Shown here in pieces: positions 19,073 to 29,111 of a stretch of DNA of 64,000 bases (position 1 is its first letter; each line of letters starts with the position of its first letter). Location: NCBI GenBank assembly GCA_963729625.1, contig CAVSOU010000011.1, forward strand, positions 640,001 to 704,000, read 5' to 3'. The DNA comes from an uncultured bacterium (GTDB taxonomy: Bacteria; Chloroflexota; UBA5177; JANWHV01). The notes below the pieces were generated by a model, which saw only the letters and a program-made list of their open reading frames with translations, had not been told where the DNA came from and made no database searches. The position numbers were made by a program, and so were the translations under genes.

Positions 19073-20004
19073 GCACTCAAGTTGCCATGCGCGATGCTTT
19101 CGGGGAGTCTCTTTTGGCGATGGCGTTGCGGTGTCCGGAGATGGTCGTGCTGGATGCCGATGTCGCGACAAGCACCCGCACGGCGGCATTTGGCCGGGCG
19201 TTCCCCGACCGATTCTTCAATGTGGGCGTGGCTGAAGCGAACATGATCGATATCGCGGCGGGTTTGGCGACGTGCGGTCTCAGGCCGATCGTGAGCACGT
19301 TCGCCATCTTCATCTCGCTCAAGGGCCTAGACCAGGTCCGCAACACGTTGTGCTACAACAAGTTGCCCGTCGTCCTGGCCGGTTGCTATGGCGGGTTGTC
19401 CGATTCCTACGACGGCGGAAGCCACCAAGCAATCCTCGATCTGGCGATCCTTCGGGCCATGCCGAATATGGTCGTCGTCGTGCCTGGAGACGCCGTCGAG
19501 GTGAGCCAGGCCTTGGCCGCAGCGTTGTTGCGCCAGGGTCCTACATACATACGGATATGCCGAAATCCGACGCCCGTCCTTTTCGAGGGCGAGGAGACCC
19601 TACAGATCGGCAAGATTCGCAAGATCCGGGACGGAAATGACCTCACGCTGGCAGTCTGCGGGATTGCCACCTCTATGGCGATGGAAGCTGCTGAGCGGCT
19701 TGCGCGCAGCAACGTTGCGGTCGACCTGCTCGAGATCTCAACGCTCAAACCGATTGATAGAGAAACCTTGATTCAATCCGCGCGGAAGACCGGGAAGGTC
19801 CTGACAGTGGAAGAGCATACGGTCTTCGGTGGCTTGCGAGGTGCCGTGGCGGAGGTGCTCAGCGAAGAATTCCCTGTAGCGATCGCTTCAATTGGCATCC
19901 AGGACTGCTTTGGTGAGTCGGGCGAGTACGGGGCTCTGCTGCGGAAGCACAACCTCTCCGCGGATCAGATTGAGGCGCGAGCCAAAGCGATAGTGGTGAA
20001 CTAG
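19069..20004 (+). CDS. Split transketolase, C-terminal subunit
   Basis: LDADV, RFFNVGVAEANM, DGGSHQ, GPTYIR, TLKPID and VEEH motifs; 4-nt GTGA overlap with the N subunit. Confidence 0.92.
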   Translation: MSTQVAMRDAFGESLLAMALRCPEMVVLDADVATSTRTAAFGRAFPDRFFNVGVAEANMIDIAAGLATCGLRPIVSTFAIFISLKGLDQVRNTLCYNKLPVVLAGCYGGLSDSYDGGSHQAILDLAILRAMPNMVVVVPGDAVEVSQALAAALLRQGPTYIRICRNPTPVLFEGEETLQIGKIRKIRDGNDLTLAVCGIATSMAMEAAERLARSNVAVDLLEISTLKPIDRETLIQSARKTGKVLTVEEHTVFGGLRGAVAEVLSEEFPVAIASIGIQDCFGESGEYGALLRKHNLSADQIEARAKAIVVN

Positions 20005-20041
20005 AGCCACAACCCTGCCTGGCACGGAAGGCGAGATCGGC

Positions 20042-21109
20042 ATGACACAAGCGGGACGGCGCACTCGGGTGGCGATACTGACCGATGTGCAGACGTTTCA
20101 CGTCGAGGATGTCGACTTGCAGTATCCAGAGGGGGACCAGGTATGCGTCGCCGTTGAGGCGTGCGGGATCTGCGGCTCCGATCTCCATATGTATCTAGGG
20201 CACCACCCCGTTCTACGGCCTCCGCTTATCATGGGCCATGAGTTCGTGGGGCATGTGGTAGAGACCGGCACGTCCGTGACGAGCCTCGCCGACGGCGATC
20301 GGGTGGTTGCTATCGCGGGCCGCGGCTGCGGTGCCTGCCGTGCCTGCAGAAGCGGTCACTTCAACCGGTGCCCACGTTTGCAAACCGTGGGAGGCCAGAT
20401 ACCCGGTGGCCTCAGCGAGCGCGTCGTGCTGCCGGCCGATCAGTTCGTGCGGGTGTCAGAGAGTCTGTCCGTGGCGACGGCAGCCCTGATCGAGGTCGCG
20501 GCGGTCGCGATACATACCGTCGGTCGCTGCGGACCGGTCAACGGACAGTCGTGCTTGATCCTAGGCGCCGGGCCCATCGGACTCGTGCTCACACGCGTGG
20601 TGAAGGCTCTGGGCGCGTACCCTGTTGCCGTAAGCGACGTCAGCGCAGTGCGGCGCGACCTAGCGACTAGTTCGGATGCCGACATGGTATTTGACGGGAG
20701 CGATGCCGCGGCAGAGGCAACGGTCATCAACACGTTCCCCGACGGCTTCGACATCGCCTATGAATGTGTTGGACGACAGGATACACTGTTGCAGGCCCTG
20801 CGGCTGACTCGGCGGGGCGGGACGGTAGGCCTGGCCGGGATTTTCCCGGGAGACTGTGTCGTGCCGATGCTCCAGCTCCAGCGTGGAGAGCGCTCGTTGC
20901 TCGGCGTCCAGATGTATGACCGGGCGGACTTCGATACGGTGATCCATATGCTCGCCGAGGGTGCGCTTAGCCTGGACGGCATCGTCACACATGAATACCC
21001 ACTCGATAGAGTCAGCGAGGCGTTTGCGCTGTTGATTGCTCCCCGTCCAACTACTGGCAAGATCTTGGTGCGCTTGGCGTCCGCGGCGTCTCAGGAGACA
21101 CAATCGTGA
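20042..21109 (+). CDS. Zinc-dependent alcohol/polyol dehydrogenase (MDR family)
   Basis: CGICGSDLH, GHEFVG, structural Zn CGACRAC...C and GAGPIG motifs. Confidence 0.9.
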   Translation: MTQAGRRTRVAILTDVQTFHVEDVDLQYPEGDQVCVAVEACGICGSDLHMYLGHHPVLRPPLIMGHEFVGHVVETGTSVTSLADGDRVVAIAGRGCGACRACRSGHFNRCPRLQTVGGQIPGGLSERVVLPADQFVRVSESLSVATAALIEVAAVAIHTVGRCGPVNGQSCLILGAGPIGLVLTRVVKALGAYPVAVSDVSAVRRDLATSSDADMVFDGSDAAAEATVINTFPDGFDIAYECVGRQDTLLQALRLTRRGGTVGLAGIFPGDCVVPMLQLQRGERSLLGVQMYDRADFDTVIHMLAEGALSLDGIVTHEYPLDRVSEAFALLIAPRPTTGKILVRLASAASQETQS

Positions 21110-21128
21110 TGGGTGACGAGAGAGAAGG

Positions 21129-21920
21129 GTGTTACGGGTGCAAACTGCAGATGATAGTGTGGGTTTGGCAGGCAAAGTAGCGATTGTCACCGGGGCCGCA
21201 AGCGGCATCGGCGAGGCCATCGCCACCGACCTGGCCATCAACGGCGTGCAGGTCGTGCTGGCCGACGTCGATCGTGCCGCAGGCGATTCCGTCGCGGCAA
21301 GGTTGGCCGGCGCGCGGTTCGTCGCCGCCAATATCGGCGATCGCCGCGATTGCTATGATCTGGTCACCCGCACCGTCGACCTACTGGGCCGGATCGATAT
21401 CCTGGTGAACAATGCTGGCATGCAGAAGGTAGCGCGCATCGAGGAATTCGACGATGCCGATTGGGACCGCATGCTAGCCGTGATGCTCACAGGCGCGTTC
21501 ACTCTCATCAAGGCAGCGATCCCGCACATGTACGCGACCGGGTCGGGTCGTATCGTCAACATTGCGTCTGCGCTCGGACTGCGCGGTGCGCCGTTCAAGC
21601 CGGCCTATACGGCGGCCAAGCACGGTCTCGTAGGTCTGACGCGGAGCGTTGCTCTAGAGTCCACGAGCCGCGGCGTCACTTGCAACGCGGTGTGCCCAGG
21701 CTGGGTGCGCACGCCGCTGGTGGACCGTCAGCTGGCGGACCAGTCGCGCGTCAAAAACATCCCTGTCGATCAAGTGCAGGCTGGACTGCTGGAGCCCGGG
21801 GTGCCGAGGATGCTGGAGCCATCTGAGGTAGCGGCAGTTGTCACGTTCCTGTGCAGTGAGCGGGCTTCCGCCATCAGCGGTGCGGCCATCGGCACTGACC
21901 TTGGCTGGAGCGCGCAGTAG
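21129..21920 (+). CDS. SDR oxidoreductase (3-hydroxybutyrate dehydrogenase-like)
   Basis: TGAASGIG, NNAGMQ, YTAAKHG, CPGWVRTPLV..Q and DLGWSAQ motifs. Confidence 0.88.
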   Translation: MLRVQTADDSVGLAGKVAIVTGAASGIGEAIATDLAINGVQVVLADVDRAAGDSVAARLAGARFVAANIGDRRDCYDLVTRTVDLLGRIDILVNNAGMQKVARIEEFDDADWDRMLAVMLTGAFTLIKAAIPHMYATGSGRIVNIASALGLRGAPFKPAYTAAKHGLVGLTRSVALESTSRGVTCNAVCPGWVRTPLVDRQLADQSRVKNIPVDQVQAGLLEPGVPRMLEPSEVAAVVTFLCSERASAISGAAIGTDLGWSAQ

Positions 21921-22107
21921 GTCAGACGTGCATTCTGCGCTTACCCGAGCGTTGACGTTAGGGGCAGAGATCTCGTGCCATTTCAGCGACCTATGCGGAT
22001 GCGGACTGGAACCAAATTGAAGAGGCTGAGGAGTTCATCGAAGCCTCCCAACGCCAGTTCGCCCGGGCGAGCCCATACCGGCACGACCTGAGCAGGCGAC
22101 CACGAGT

Positions 22108-24246
22108 TTGCCGTTTGAGAGGAGAGTAAGGTTGGAGCGCGGGGTCTACTTCGACGGGTGGTTCCATCGACAGCATTGCTATCATCCCAGTTTGCCGGCG
22201 CGTCGGCTGCGCATGCTCGACGATCTTGACGCCTACCACGCCACCGTGCTGGTCTGGTCGGCACTGGGTGGCGGTTCGCTTGCGTTGCCCTACCTCGAGC
22301 AGGAGGCCTGGGGCCCGATCGAGCCACGCTTCCGCTTTTACGGCTTCGTAAACGACGCTGAGTTCATTCAGGAGTGCCGGAAGCGCGGCATAAAGACGTT
22401 CGGCATCGTCTTCGAGGCGCAGGGTTGGGAGTTTCCTGCCGTGCTGAGCGATGCAGAAGATCGCATTCTGGCGCTGAATGAGTCGCGAGGTGAGGGTAAG
22501 CCGGTCAGCCTCGGACTGCGCGAGTTCTCCCAAAATCGCTACCCAAAACTGTGGGCCCCCTTCGAGAGATACTTTCCAGACGGAATCCTTAATAGCGACG
22601 GCGAGAAGGTTACCGATCTGCTGGAAGAAGCCTGCTCGCGCGACATCCATGGTTTGCCCTGTCACGCGCGTTGGGTCGAGGTTCCAGACCGCGAGAGCTA
22701 CGCCTATATGATGGACCGCAATAACCCGGTATGGCGCGAATATCTCAAGGCGGTTATCCGGATACAGATCGATGCCGGAGTCGACGGCGTTCAGCTGGAC
22801 GAGGCCGAATTGCCGATTACCGCCCTGCAATATGGCGGCTGTTTCTGCAAGGACTGCATGAAGGGCTTCCGGGCATACTTGCGTGGGCTGCCCCTTGAGC
22901 AGCGCCCCGCGGAGCTGGAGGGCGTGGATCTAGCCACCTTCCATTACGGAAGATGGCTACTGGAACGCGGCTACGACTTCATGGCCGAGCGTGATACGAC
23001 GCCGCTGTTCTGGGACTACCTGCGTTTTCAGCGCGCGGCCATCGCCCGCTACTTCGGAGAGTTGGCTGACTACGTGCACGAGTACGCCGCGGGCAAAGGC
23101 CGAACGGCGCTGGTGTCGGGCAACTTCTTCAACCTGTTCGACCACTACTACCCGCTGGAGCCGAAGGTCGACCTCATCATTACCGAGATGCGCAACACGG
23201 CTTACCGCCAGCCGGCCTGGTACCGTTATCTGGCCGGCTTTGCCGGGTCCAAGCCGGTGATAGTCGCAGAGAACCCGTACGGTGGCGTGGTGCCAGAGTT
23301 GGCCGACAAGCTCAAGATTGGTCGGGGCTACGACCTGTTTCGCCTCATGCTCTTCGAAGCTGCGGCGCTCGGCGGCGCCAACATGAGCGTGCCATACGGC
23401 GCCTGGATGGGAGGCGTTATCGAGGACGCGCTTTACCCACCGCACGACCTGTGCGTTGAAATCCAGCGCTTCCTGGCCAATCACGACCGGCTCTATAGCT
23501 GGCGCACGTATGCGGACACCGCCGTCGTCTTCAGTGTCGAAAGCATGTTCCAGCATGTGGCGCGCCGGGATCTCCTGTCCGATGTTCGTTGGAACCAATC
23601 AAGCAACACGCGTGTGCCGTTCTGGATGGTCTGCGAAGCGTTGAGCGATGCGGCACAACCCTACGACGTGGTCTTCTTTCCCGATGGCACGCTACGCCTC
23701 GATTCTCTGTCCGCGGAGGATCTTGGCCAATATCGCACGCTTATCCTGCCTGAGTGCCGGTATCTGACCCCGCGCCAGGCAGAGCTGCTCCAGGCACATC
23801 TTGCCAGCGGCGGCAGGCTTCTGGTGCTGGGCGAGATGGGGAGCAATCTGCCAGCCAGCACACGGACAGCTATCCTAGGCCACAGCCGGGTAACTACGGC
23901 TCCCACCGACGACTTCCAGGTGCCCCACCTCGCGGACAGTCCGCAGGTGCGCTTCTCCAACTCAGCCCGCGTCGCCGTCAACGTCCAGCGCATTGAAAGT
24001 GGCGCTGCGGTACACCTCATCCGGTACGACTACGACGAGTCGAGCGACACCGTGCCCGTCCTGGCTGAGCTGAGTCTTGAATTGCGCCTGGCCGAACGGT
24101 TCGGCTCAGTATCAGCCTGCAGCCCGTCTTGCGTGTCGTCGGTATCCCTAGAGGTTTCAGGGCAGGTGCATCGCTTGACCCTGCATGACGTGCCACTCTA
24201 TTGCATTGTCGTGCTAACTAACACGGAGGCTCAAGTCACAGCGTGA
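22108..24246 (+). CDS. Uncharacterised glycoside-hydrolase-like protein (putative TIM barrel plus GATase-like C-terminal domain)
   Basis: 712-aa ORF; MDRNNPVWREYL, GVDGVQLDE, GCFCKDC; C-term QPYDVV...YRTLILP...GGRLLVLG resembles a beta-galactosidase trimerisation domain. Confidence 0.6.
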   Translation: MPFERRVRLERGVYFDGWFHRQHCYHPSLPARRLRMLDDLDAYHATVLVWSALGGGSLALPYLEQEAWGPIEPRFRFYGFVNDAEFIQECRKRGIKTFGIVFEAQGWEFPAVLSDAEDRILALNESRGEGKPVSLGLREFSQNRYPKLWAPFERYFPDGILNSDGEKVTDLLEEACSRDIHGLPCHARWVEVPDRESYAYMMDRNNPVWREYLKAVIRIQIDAGVDGVQLDEAELPITALQYGGCFCKDCMKGFRAYLRGLPLEQRPAELEGVDLATFHYGRWLLERGYDFMAERDTTPLFWDYLRFQRAAIARYFGELADYVHEYAAGKGRTALVSGNFFNLFDHYYPLEPKVDLIITEMRNTAYRQPAWYRYLAGFAGSKPVIVAENPYGGVVPELADKLKIGRGYDLFRLMLFEAAALGGANMSVPYGAWMGGVIEDALYPPHDLCVEIQRFLANHDRLYSWRTYADTAVVFSVESMFQHVARRDLLSDVRWNQSSNTRVPFWMVCEALSDAAQPYDVVFFPDGTLRLDSLSAEDLGQYRTLILPECRYLTPRQAELLQAHLASGGRLLVLGEMGSNLPASTRTAILGHSRVTTAPTDDFQVPHLADSPQVRFSNSARVAVNVQRIESGAAVHLIRYDYDESSDTVPVLAELSLELRLAERFGSVSACSPSCVSSVSLEVSGQVHRLTLHDVPLYCIVVLTNTEAQVTA

Positions 24247-24511
24247 ACACGTTTTGGAAAGGGACGCCGTGCTGCTGGCAAACCTGTTTGGGCCAACAGG
24301 ATTGAAGCAAAGCAGGGACGAGGCGCGACATACGCCGCTCCGGAGCGTGAACTCATCCCGGCGTGCGAACGGTGCCGCCTGGGACTGATTCCGCAGAGCC
24401 CACCCGCAGGTGGCACGCTGGATGGCGCCCTGCGGAAGGCAACGGAAGGCCGCGAGCACGTGCGGCATCCGACTAGGTCTTCCTGTCCTCAGAAAGGTCC
24501 ATCAGGAATAG

Positions 24512-25573
24512 TCAAGGCGACATCGTCAGTATGCTGCCGTCAGCGTCGAAGTGCAGCTCCTGGTATTTGATGCAGCGCAGATTGTCCTCGTGCGACAAGG
24601 AGGCGTCGTGGTAGAACAAGTACCATTTCCCCCGAAACTCGACAATAGAACCCTGCGTCGTCCAGCCGATCACGGGCTCTAGTATGCGGCCGCGATAAGT
24701 GAACGGCCCAAGCGGGCTTTTCCCGGTTGCATAGACCAGGTAGTGAGTATCGCCGGTCGAATACGAAAGGTAATAGGTCCCTCGATATTTATGCATCCAG
24801 GAAGCCTCGAAGAAGCGCTTGTCCGTTTGCCGGGCTTCCAGGGGCTGCCCGTCCTCGTCCAGGATGGCCGCCTCCCCGATCGGGCCATCGAACCCAAGCA
24901 TGTCGGGCGAGAGCCGGACGACGCGGGGCGAGAGCGCCTTGGCCTGGCCCGACGGCACCGCGCCGTTCGCGTCATACGTCCCCGTCTGCCACCGTTCGAG
25001 CTGTCCGCCGAACAGGCCGCCGAAGTACATATAGGCCGTGCCGTCGTCGTCCACAAATACTGCAGGATCGATACTGTAGCTGCCCTTAATGGGCCGGGTC
25101 TCGGGCGCAAACGGACCGGCCGGCGTTCTGGCAGTCGCCACGCCGATGCGGAAGACACCCTTCTTGTCATGCGCGGGGAAGTAGAAATAGTAGATGCCGT
25201 TCCTGAACGCCACGTCCGGCGCCCACATTTCATTGGACGCCCAGGGCACGTCCTTCACATTGAGCGCCACGCCGTCATCCTGGACGGGTGTCATGAAATG
25301 CGTCAGGGTGAGCACGTGGTAGTCCTTCATATCGTACTGGCTGCCGTACATATCGGGAGGGACAGTCGTCGGGATGTCATGAGATCCATAGATGAAGATT
25401 TTGCCCTCGAAGACGTGGGCTGAGGGATCAGCGGTGTAGAGCGTGGTAATGAGAGGCTGGCGTTCGGCCAGCAGCGGCTTCGCCGGCTCCGACTCTTGGC
25501 AGGCGGATAAGGTGAACGCCACTGGGAGAAGAGGGAAGAAAGCCATGCGATACATGCGCCGGCATCGATCCAA
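24512..25573 (-). CDS. GH43 (subfamily 1-like) beta-xylosidase/arabinofuranosidase, putative lipoprotein
   Basis: YTADPSAHVF, WAPD, SIDP, RFFEA and YSTGDTH motifs; lipobox-like LSAC. Confidence 0.9.
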   Translation of the reverse strand: MDRCRRMYRMAFFPLLPVAFTLSACQESEPAKPLLAERQPLITTLYTADPSAHVFEGKIFIYGSHDIPTTVPPDMYGSQYDMKDYHVLTLTHFMTPVQDDGVALNVKDVPWASNEMWAPDVAFRNGIYYFYFPAHDKKGVFRIGVATARTPAGPFAPETRPIKGSYSIDPAVFVDDDGTAYMYFGGLFGGQLERWQTGTYDANGAVPSGQAKALSPRVVRLSPDMLGFDGPIGEAAILDEDGQPLEARQTDKRFFEASWMHKYRGTYYLSYSTGDTHYLVYATGKSPLGPFTYRGRILEPVIGWTTQGSIVEFRGKWYLFYHDASLSHEDNLRCIKYQELHFDADGSILTMSP

Positions 25574-25692
25574 AGGAGACCCCTCTCCGGCAATATGACA
25601 CCTTATTCCCGCCGTTCGGCTGCCACTCGCTCTGCTTACGGAATGCGGGGCGGAATTGTGCCGAACTGAATCGCCCTCTCGCGGCGCTATCG

Positions 25693-27012
25693 TTACTTGA
25701 TCCCAACGAACGAGGTCACGCTCTCTCCGGCCAGGGTGGCCGCAACGACCGCACCGTGCACGGGCAGCGTGGGTAGCGGCGCGAGATCTTCATTGCGTGA
25801 GGTTCGGAACGGCCTCACCTGTGTGACCGGCGGAAAGCCGTCGAGTTGAAAGTCGATCCGCGCGGTGGCAGCGGCCGTGTTCACTGCGACGAGCACAAAG
25901 GCATCGCTCGAGGTATCTCTGAAGGCTGTAGTGCGGATGCGCTCCTGCGGTTCGGCATCGGCGTCGATGCGCGTCCAACCTGGCCTGACAAATCGGCTGA
26001 AGTTACCCATCACGTACAGCGTCTTGAGTACCTTGTAGGTTTGCGTCTCGAGGTCGAGCTGAAGCAAGCCACCACCCTGCTTCGGCTTGCACGAGGCCAG
26101 CCACCAATAGCACCAGGCGCTCACCCCAGTAATGGTCATGTGCTCGTGAATCATCGTGGCGATTCGCAACGCATCTGCGATCGTCCACTCGCCTTCGCTT
26201 TCTGCGCAGATTTCCGTCTGCCAGATCGGCATTTGGTGCGCCTTGGACAATGGAAACGCGTTCTTGCCGTAGTCATAAGCGTGCGTTCCGACGATGTCGA
26301 CGGCTCCGCGAGCTTCCGAGTCCTCGAATGTCTCGACCGCAAGCTCCTCGCTCAGCTTGGTCATCTCGGGCATGATTACCTTCGCGGCGACTTGATCCCT
26401 GGCCAGCGTCGGTCCGAGGTAATGCTTGATGAAGTCCCGGAGCTGCGCGCCGCTCCACCGGCACGAGGAGTAGCCAATCGTCAGGTCCGGCTCGTTGGTC
26501 GGCGAGATTGCATAGATGTCGAGGCCGTGCTGCTCCTTGTAGCCGGACACATACCGCGACAGGTAGTCGGCAAACGCCTGGTACTTGTCGGCTCGCAGCT
26601 CACCGCCATCCGTCACGCTGTTGTTGGTCTTCATCCAGGCGGGCGGACTCCAGACCGTGCTCATGAACCGCGTGCAGCCACGCCGCGCGGCCTCGCGCAT
26701 GAGCCACACCTGCTCCTCGTCGCCGGTCCAGCTCCAGACCCCTTCGCTGGGCTCGATGCTGGGAGTCGGGCCATCGATCTCGTCGCCCCACTCGCCGCCG
26801 TCGCCCACGACATTCCGCACGATACTCAGGCCGATGCCCTGATGCGGCGAGAAGAGGAGGTCCAGCATGGCGGAGCGCGCCGGCTCCGGGTAGCGCATCA
26901 GGTGACCCGCCTGGTGGAATGCGCCGCTAGCGCCGAACCCATCTATCTCCTGCCGCTGCGTCTGCCACGAGGCCGTGCAGGTTGCCGTGTCGATTCGCCC
27001 TTCCGCCACCAT
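25693..27012 (-). CDS. GH30 glycoside hydrolase (glucuronoxylanase/xylosidase-like), no signal peptide
   Basis: QEIDGFGAS, GIGLSIVR, WSPPAWMKTN, NEPD, WQTE and FSRFVRPG motifs. Confidence 0.88.
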   Translation of the reverse strand: MVAEGRIDTATCTASWQTQRQEIDGFGASGAFHQAGHLMRYPEPARSAMLDLLFSPHQGIGLSIVRNVVGDGGEWGDEIDGPTPSIEPSEGVWSWTGDEEQVWLMREAARRGCTRFMSTVWSPPAWMKTNNSVTDGGELRADKYQAFADYLSRYVSGYKEQHGLDIYAISPTNEPDLTIGYSSCRWSGAQLRDFIKHYLGPTLARDQVAAKVIMPEMTKLSEELAVETFEDSEARGAVDIVGTHAYDYGKNAFPLSKAHQMPIWQTEICAESEGEWTIADALRIATMIHEHMTITGVSAWCYWWLASCKPKQGGGLLQLDLETQTYKVLKTLYVMGNFSRFVRPGWTRIDADAEPQERIRTTAFRDTSSDAFVLVAVNTAAATARIDFQLDGFPPVTQVRPFRTSRNEDLAPLPTLPVHGAVVAATLAGESVTSFVGIK

Positions 27013-27115
27013 TCCTTCCCCCTCCAGCGGGGATCCTGCTGCGGCCACCACCGCGTGCTACAGGTATCCATACGCGCATGGGGCCACGCTCGCGGTCGCA
27101 CATGCAGAGCAATAG

Positions 27116-27997
27116 TCACACTGCATTGAGCGCGCCCATGGTGAGGCCCTGGATGAAATTGCGCCGCTGCATCAGGTAGAACAGCACCAACGGCAAGGCT
27201 GAGAGCATGACCACCGTCAAGATCATAGGCATGTTGGAGCTGTACACCCCCACGTAGTTGGACACCGCCAAGGGCAGCGTCCGGTTGGTGTCCGACGTCT
27301 CCAGCACCAATGGAAAGATAAAGTTGTTCCAGTCGCCGATGAACGTGAAGATCGCCACCGTCGCCAGCGCCGGGCGAGCCAGAGGCAGGGCGAGCTGGAG
27401 GTACCGCCGCAGATAGCCGGCGCCGTCGATGCTCATGGCCAGCTCCAGCTCCTCCGGGATCGAGCGCATGAACGCCGCCAGAATGAACACGGTGATCGGA
27501 AGGCTCGTGCCCGCCAGGGGCAGCAGCAGCCCGATCAGCGTGTCGTACAGGCCCACGGAGATGGAGATGCGGTAGGTCGCGACGATCACGGCGTACACCG
27601 GCACCGCGAGGCCCGCCACGAACAGCATGTACAGCAGCCCGTTCAGGCGGCCGGGAATGCGCGCCAGCGCATAGGCGGCAAGGGAGCCGACAAACAGCGA
27701 GAGGAGCACCGCTCCGCATGAGGTGATCACGCTGTTGAGGAAGTAGTGAAGGAACTGCCCCGTAAGCGCCGTCTTGTAGTTGTCGAGCGTGGGATTGGAT
27801 AGGCTCCAGGCTGGGGTGTTCATGGCGTCCGCCTGCGACTTGAACGTCTCGAACACGACAAAGGCGAGCGGCAGGCCCACCACGGCCAGCCAGGCGATGC
27901 CGCCGAACAGCGCAAGAGAGCCTGTCGATGCTCGCTGCGGGTTGATGCGCCGCCATGCAGGGCGCTTGGAACGCTGCTGTGGGTACGCGACAGCCAT
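27116..27997 (-). CDS. Carbohydrate ABC transporter permease (MalG-like)
   Basis: Multiple TM segments; EAA loop IPEELELAMSIDGAG; WNNF. Confidence 0.92.
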   Translation of the reverse strand: MAVAYPQQRSKRPAWRRINPQRASTGSLALFGGIAWLAVVGLPLAFVVFETFKSQADAMNTPAWSLSNPTLDNYKTALTGQFLHYFLNSVITSCGAVLLSLFVGSLAAYALARIPGRLNGLLYMLFVAGLAVPVYAVIVATYRISISVGLYDTLIGLLLPLAGTSLPITVFILAAFMRSIPEELELAMSIDGAGYLRRYLQLALPLARPALATVAIFTFIGDWNNFIFPLVLETSDTNRTLPLAVSNYVGVYSSNMPMILTVVMLSALPLVLFYLMQRRNFIQGLTMGALNAV

Positions 27998-28010
27998 GGG
28001 CCGCTCCTTC

Positions 28011-28904
28011 CTACTCCTGGATCAGCCGGGAGAACCGGATGACAACCGCGGATATGACAATAGAGATGATGAACAGCAGGACGGCCAGCGCCGAGCCGTA
28101 CCCGATGTCCTGCTCCAGGAAGGCGGTGTGGTAGACGTAGTAGGCGAGCGTGTACGAGGACTGGCCAGGCCCGCCCGATGTCATGATGAAGATGAGGTCG
28201 AAGTAGCCGAGCGATCCGACGGCGATCAGTACGAACGCAGTGACGAAGGTCTTCTTGAGCAGAGGCATGGTGAGCCGGCGGAAGCTGGCCCAGGTCCCGG
28301 CGCCGTCGATGGCGGCCGCTTCATAGAGGTCGTGCGGGATGCCGACCAACCCCGCGTTGAAGATGAGGATGTAGCTCGGGATAAACTCCCAGAGCACCAC
28401 ACCGGAGATGGCCCAGACGGCAATCGAGCTATCGCCGAGCAGTATGGGTGCCGGTTGGCCGAAGGCGTCGAAGAGGTAGTAGAGCGGGCCAAACTGCGGA
28501 TCGAATATGTTGGCCCACGCCACGCCCACCGCGATTGAGGAGATCAGAATGGGAATGATGTAGATGGTGGAGAGCGCCGCTCCCAGCCGTCCTAGTCGCC
28601 GTATGACCAGGGCAATCGCGAGCCCGAAAGGTATCTCCAAGAGGGAGCCAGCGAGAATGATCCCTGTATTGCGCAGTGACGCCCACACTGTGCTGTCCTG
28701 GAAAAGCTGCCGCCAGTTATCCAGACCGACAAACTTCGGTGTGGCAATACCGTTCCAATCCAGGAGCGAATACCAGATCGAAGCGACCAGGGGATACAGG
28801 AGATAGACGCCGTAGAGCAGGAGCGCCGGAATCACGAACAGCAGGACGGCGGCATCCCGGCGCAGGGCTCGGCGCCTACGACCTGCGTTGACCTGCTCGA
28901 TCAC
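28011..28904 (-). CDS. Carbohydrate ABC transporter permease (MalF-like)
   Basis: FVGLDNW, IPHDLYEAAAIDGA and TSGGPG motifs. Confidence 0.92.
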   Translation of the reverse strand: MIEQVNAGRRRRALRRDAAVLLFVIPALLLYGVYLLYPLVASIWYSLLDWNGIATPKFVGLDNWRQLFQDSTVWASLRNTGIILAGSLLEIPFGLAIALVIRRLGRLGAALSTIYIIPILISSIAVGVAWANIFDPQFGPLYYLFDAFGQPAPILLGDSSIAVWAISGVVLWEFIPSYILIFNAGLVGIPHDLYEAAAIDGAGTWASFRRLTMPLLKKTFVTAFVLIAVGSLGYFDLIFIMTSGGPGQSSYTLAYYVYHTAFLEQDIGYGSALAVLLFIISIVISAVVIRFSRLIQE

Positions 28905-29038
28905 CGTCTATTCTCCCTTCTCCTGGCGGATCACGCTCGCCGCCAGACCTACGCTGTGGCACGCAGCACCTTGTCCGCCGGATCTGGGCTTCAGTGTACT
29001 ACCTGCGCTTCCACAGCATTGATTTCCTGCTCGCCAGG

Positions 29039-29076
29039 AGGAGGAGAGCGTCGCCGGGTCCGGGCGCTCTCCTCCT
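29039..29076 (-). terminator. Strong stem-loop between the SBP and permease genes (partial terminator or mRNA-stabilising hairpin)
   Basis: Inverted repeat AGGAGGAGAGCG...CGCTCTCCTCCT just downstream of the SBP stop; no clear U-tract. Confidence 0.55.
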
Positions 29077-29111
29077 TCCGGCCCAGTTAACGGAGGTCTG
29101 CCGCTAACCGG

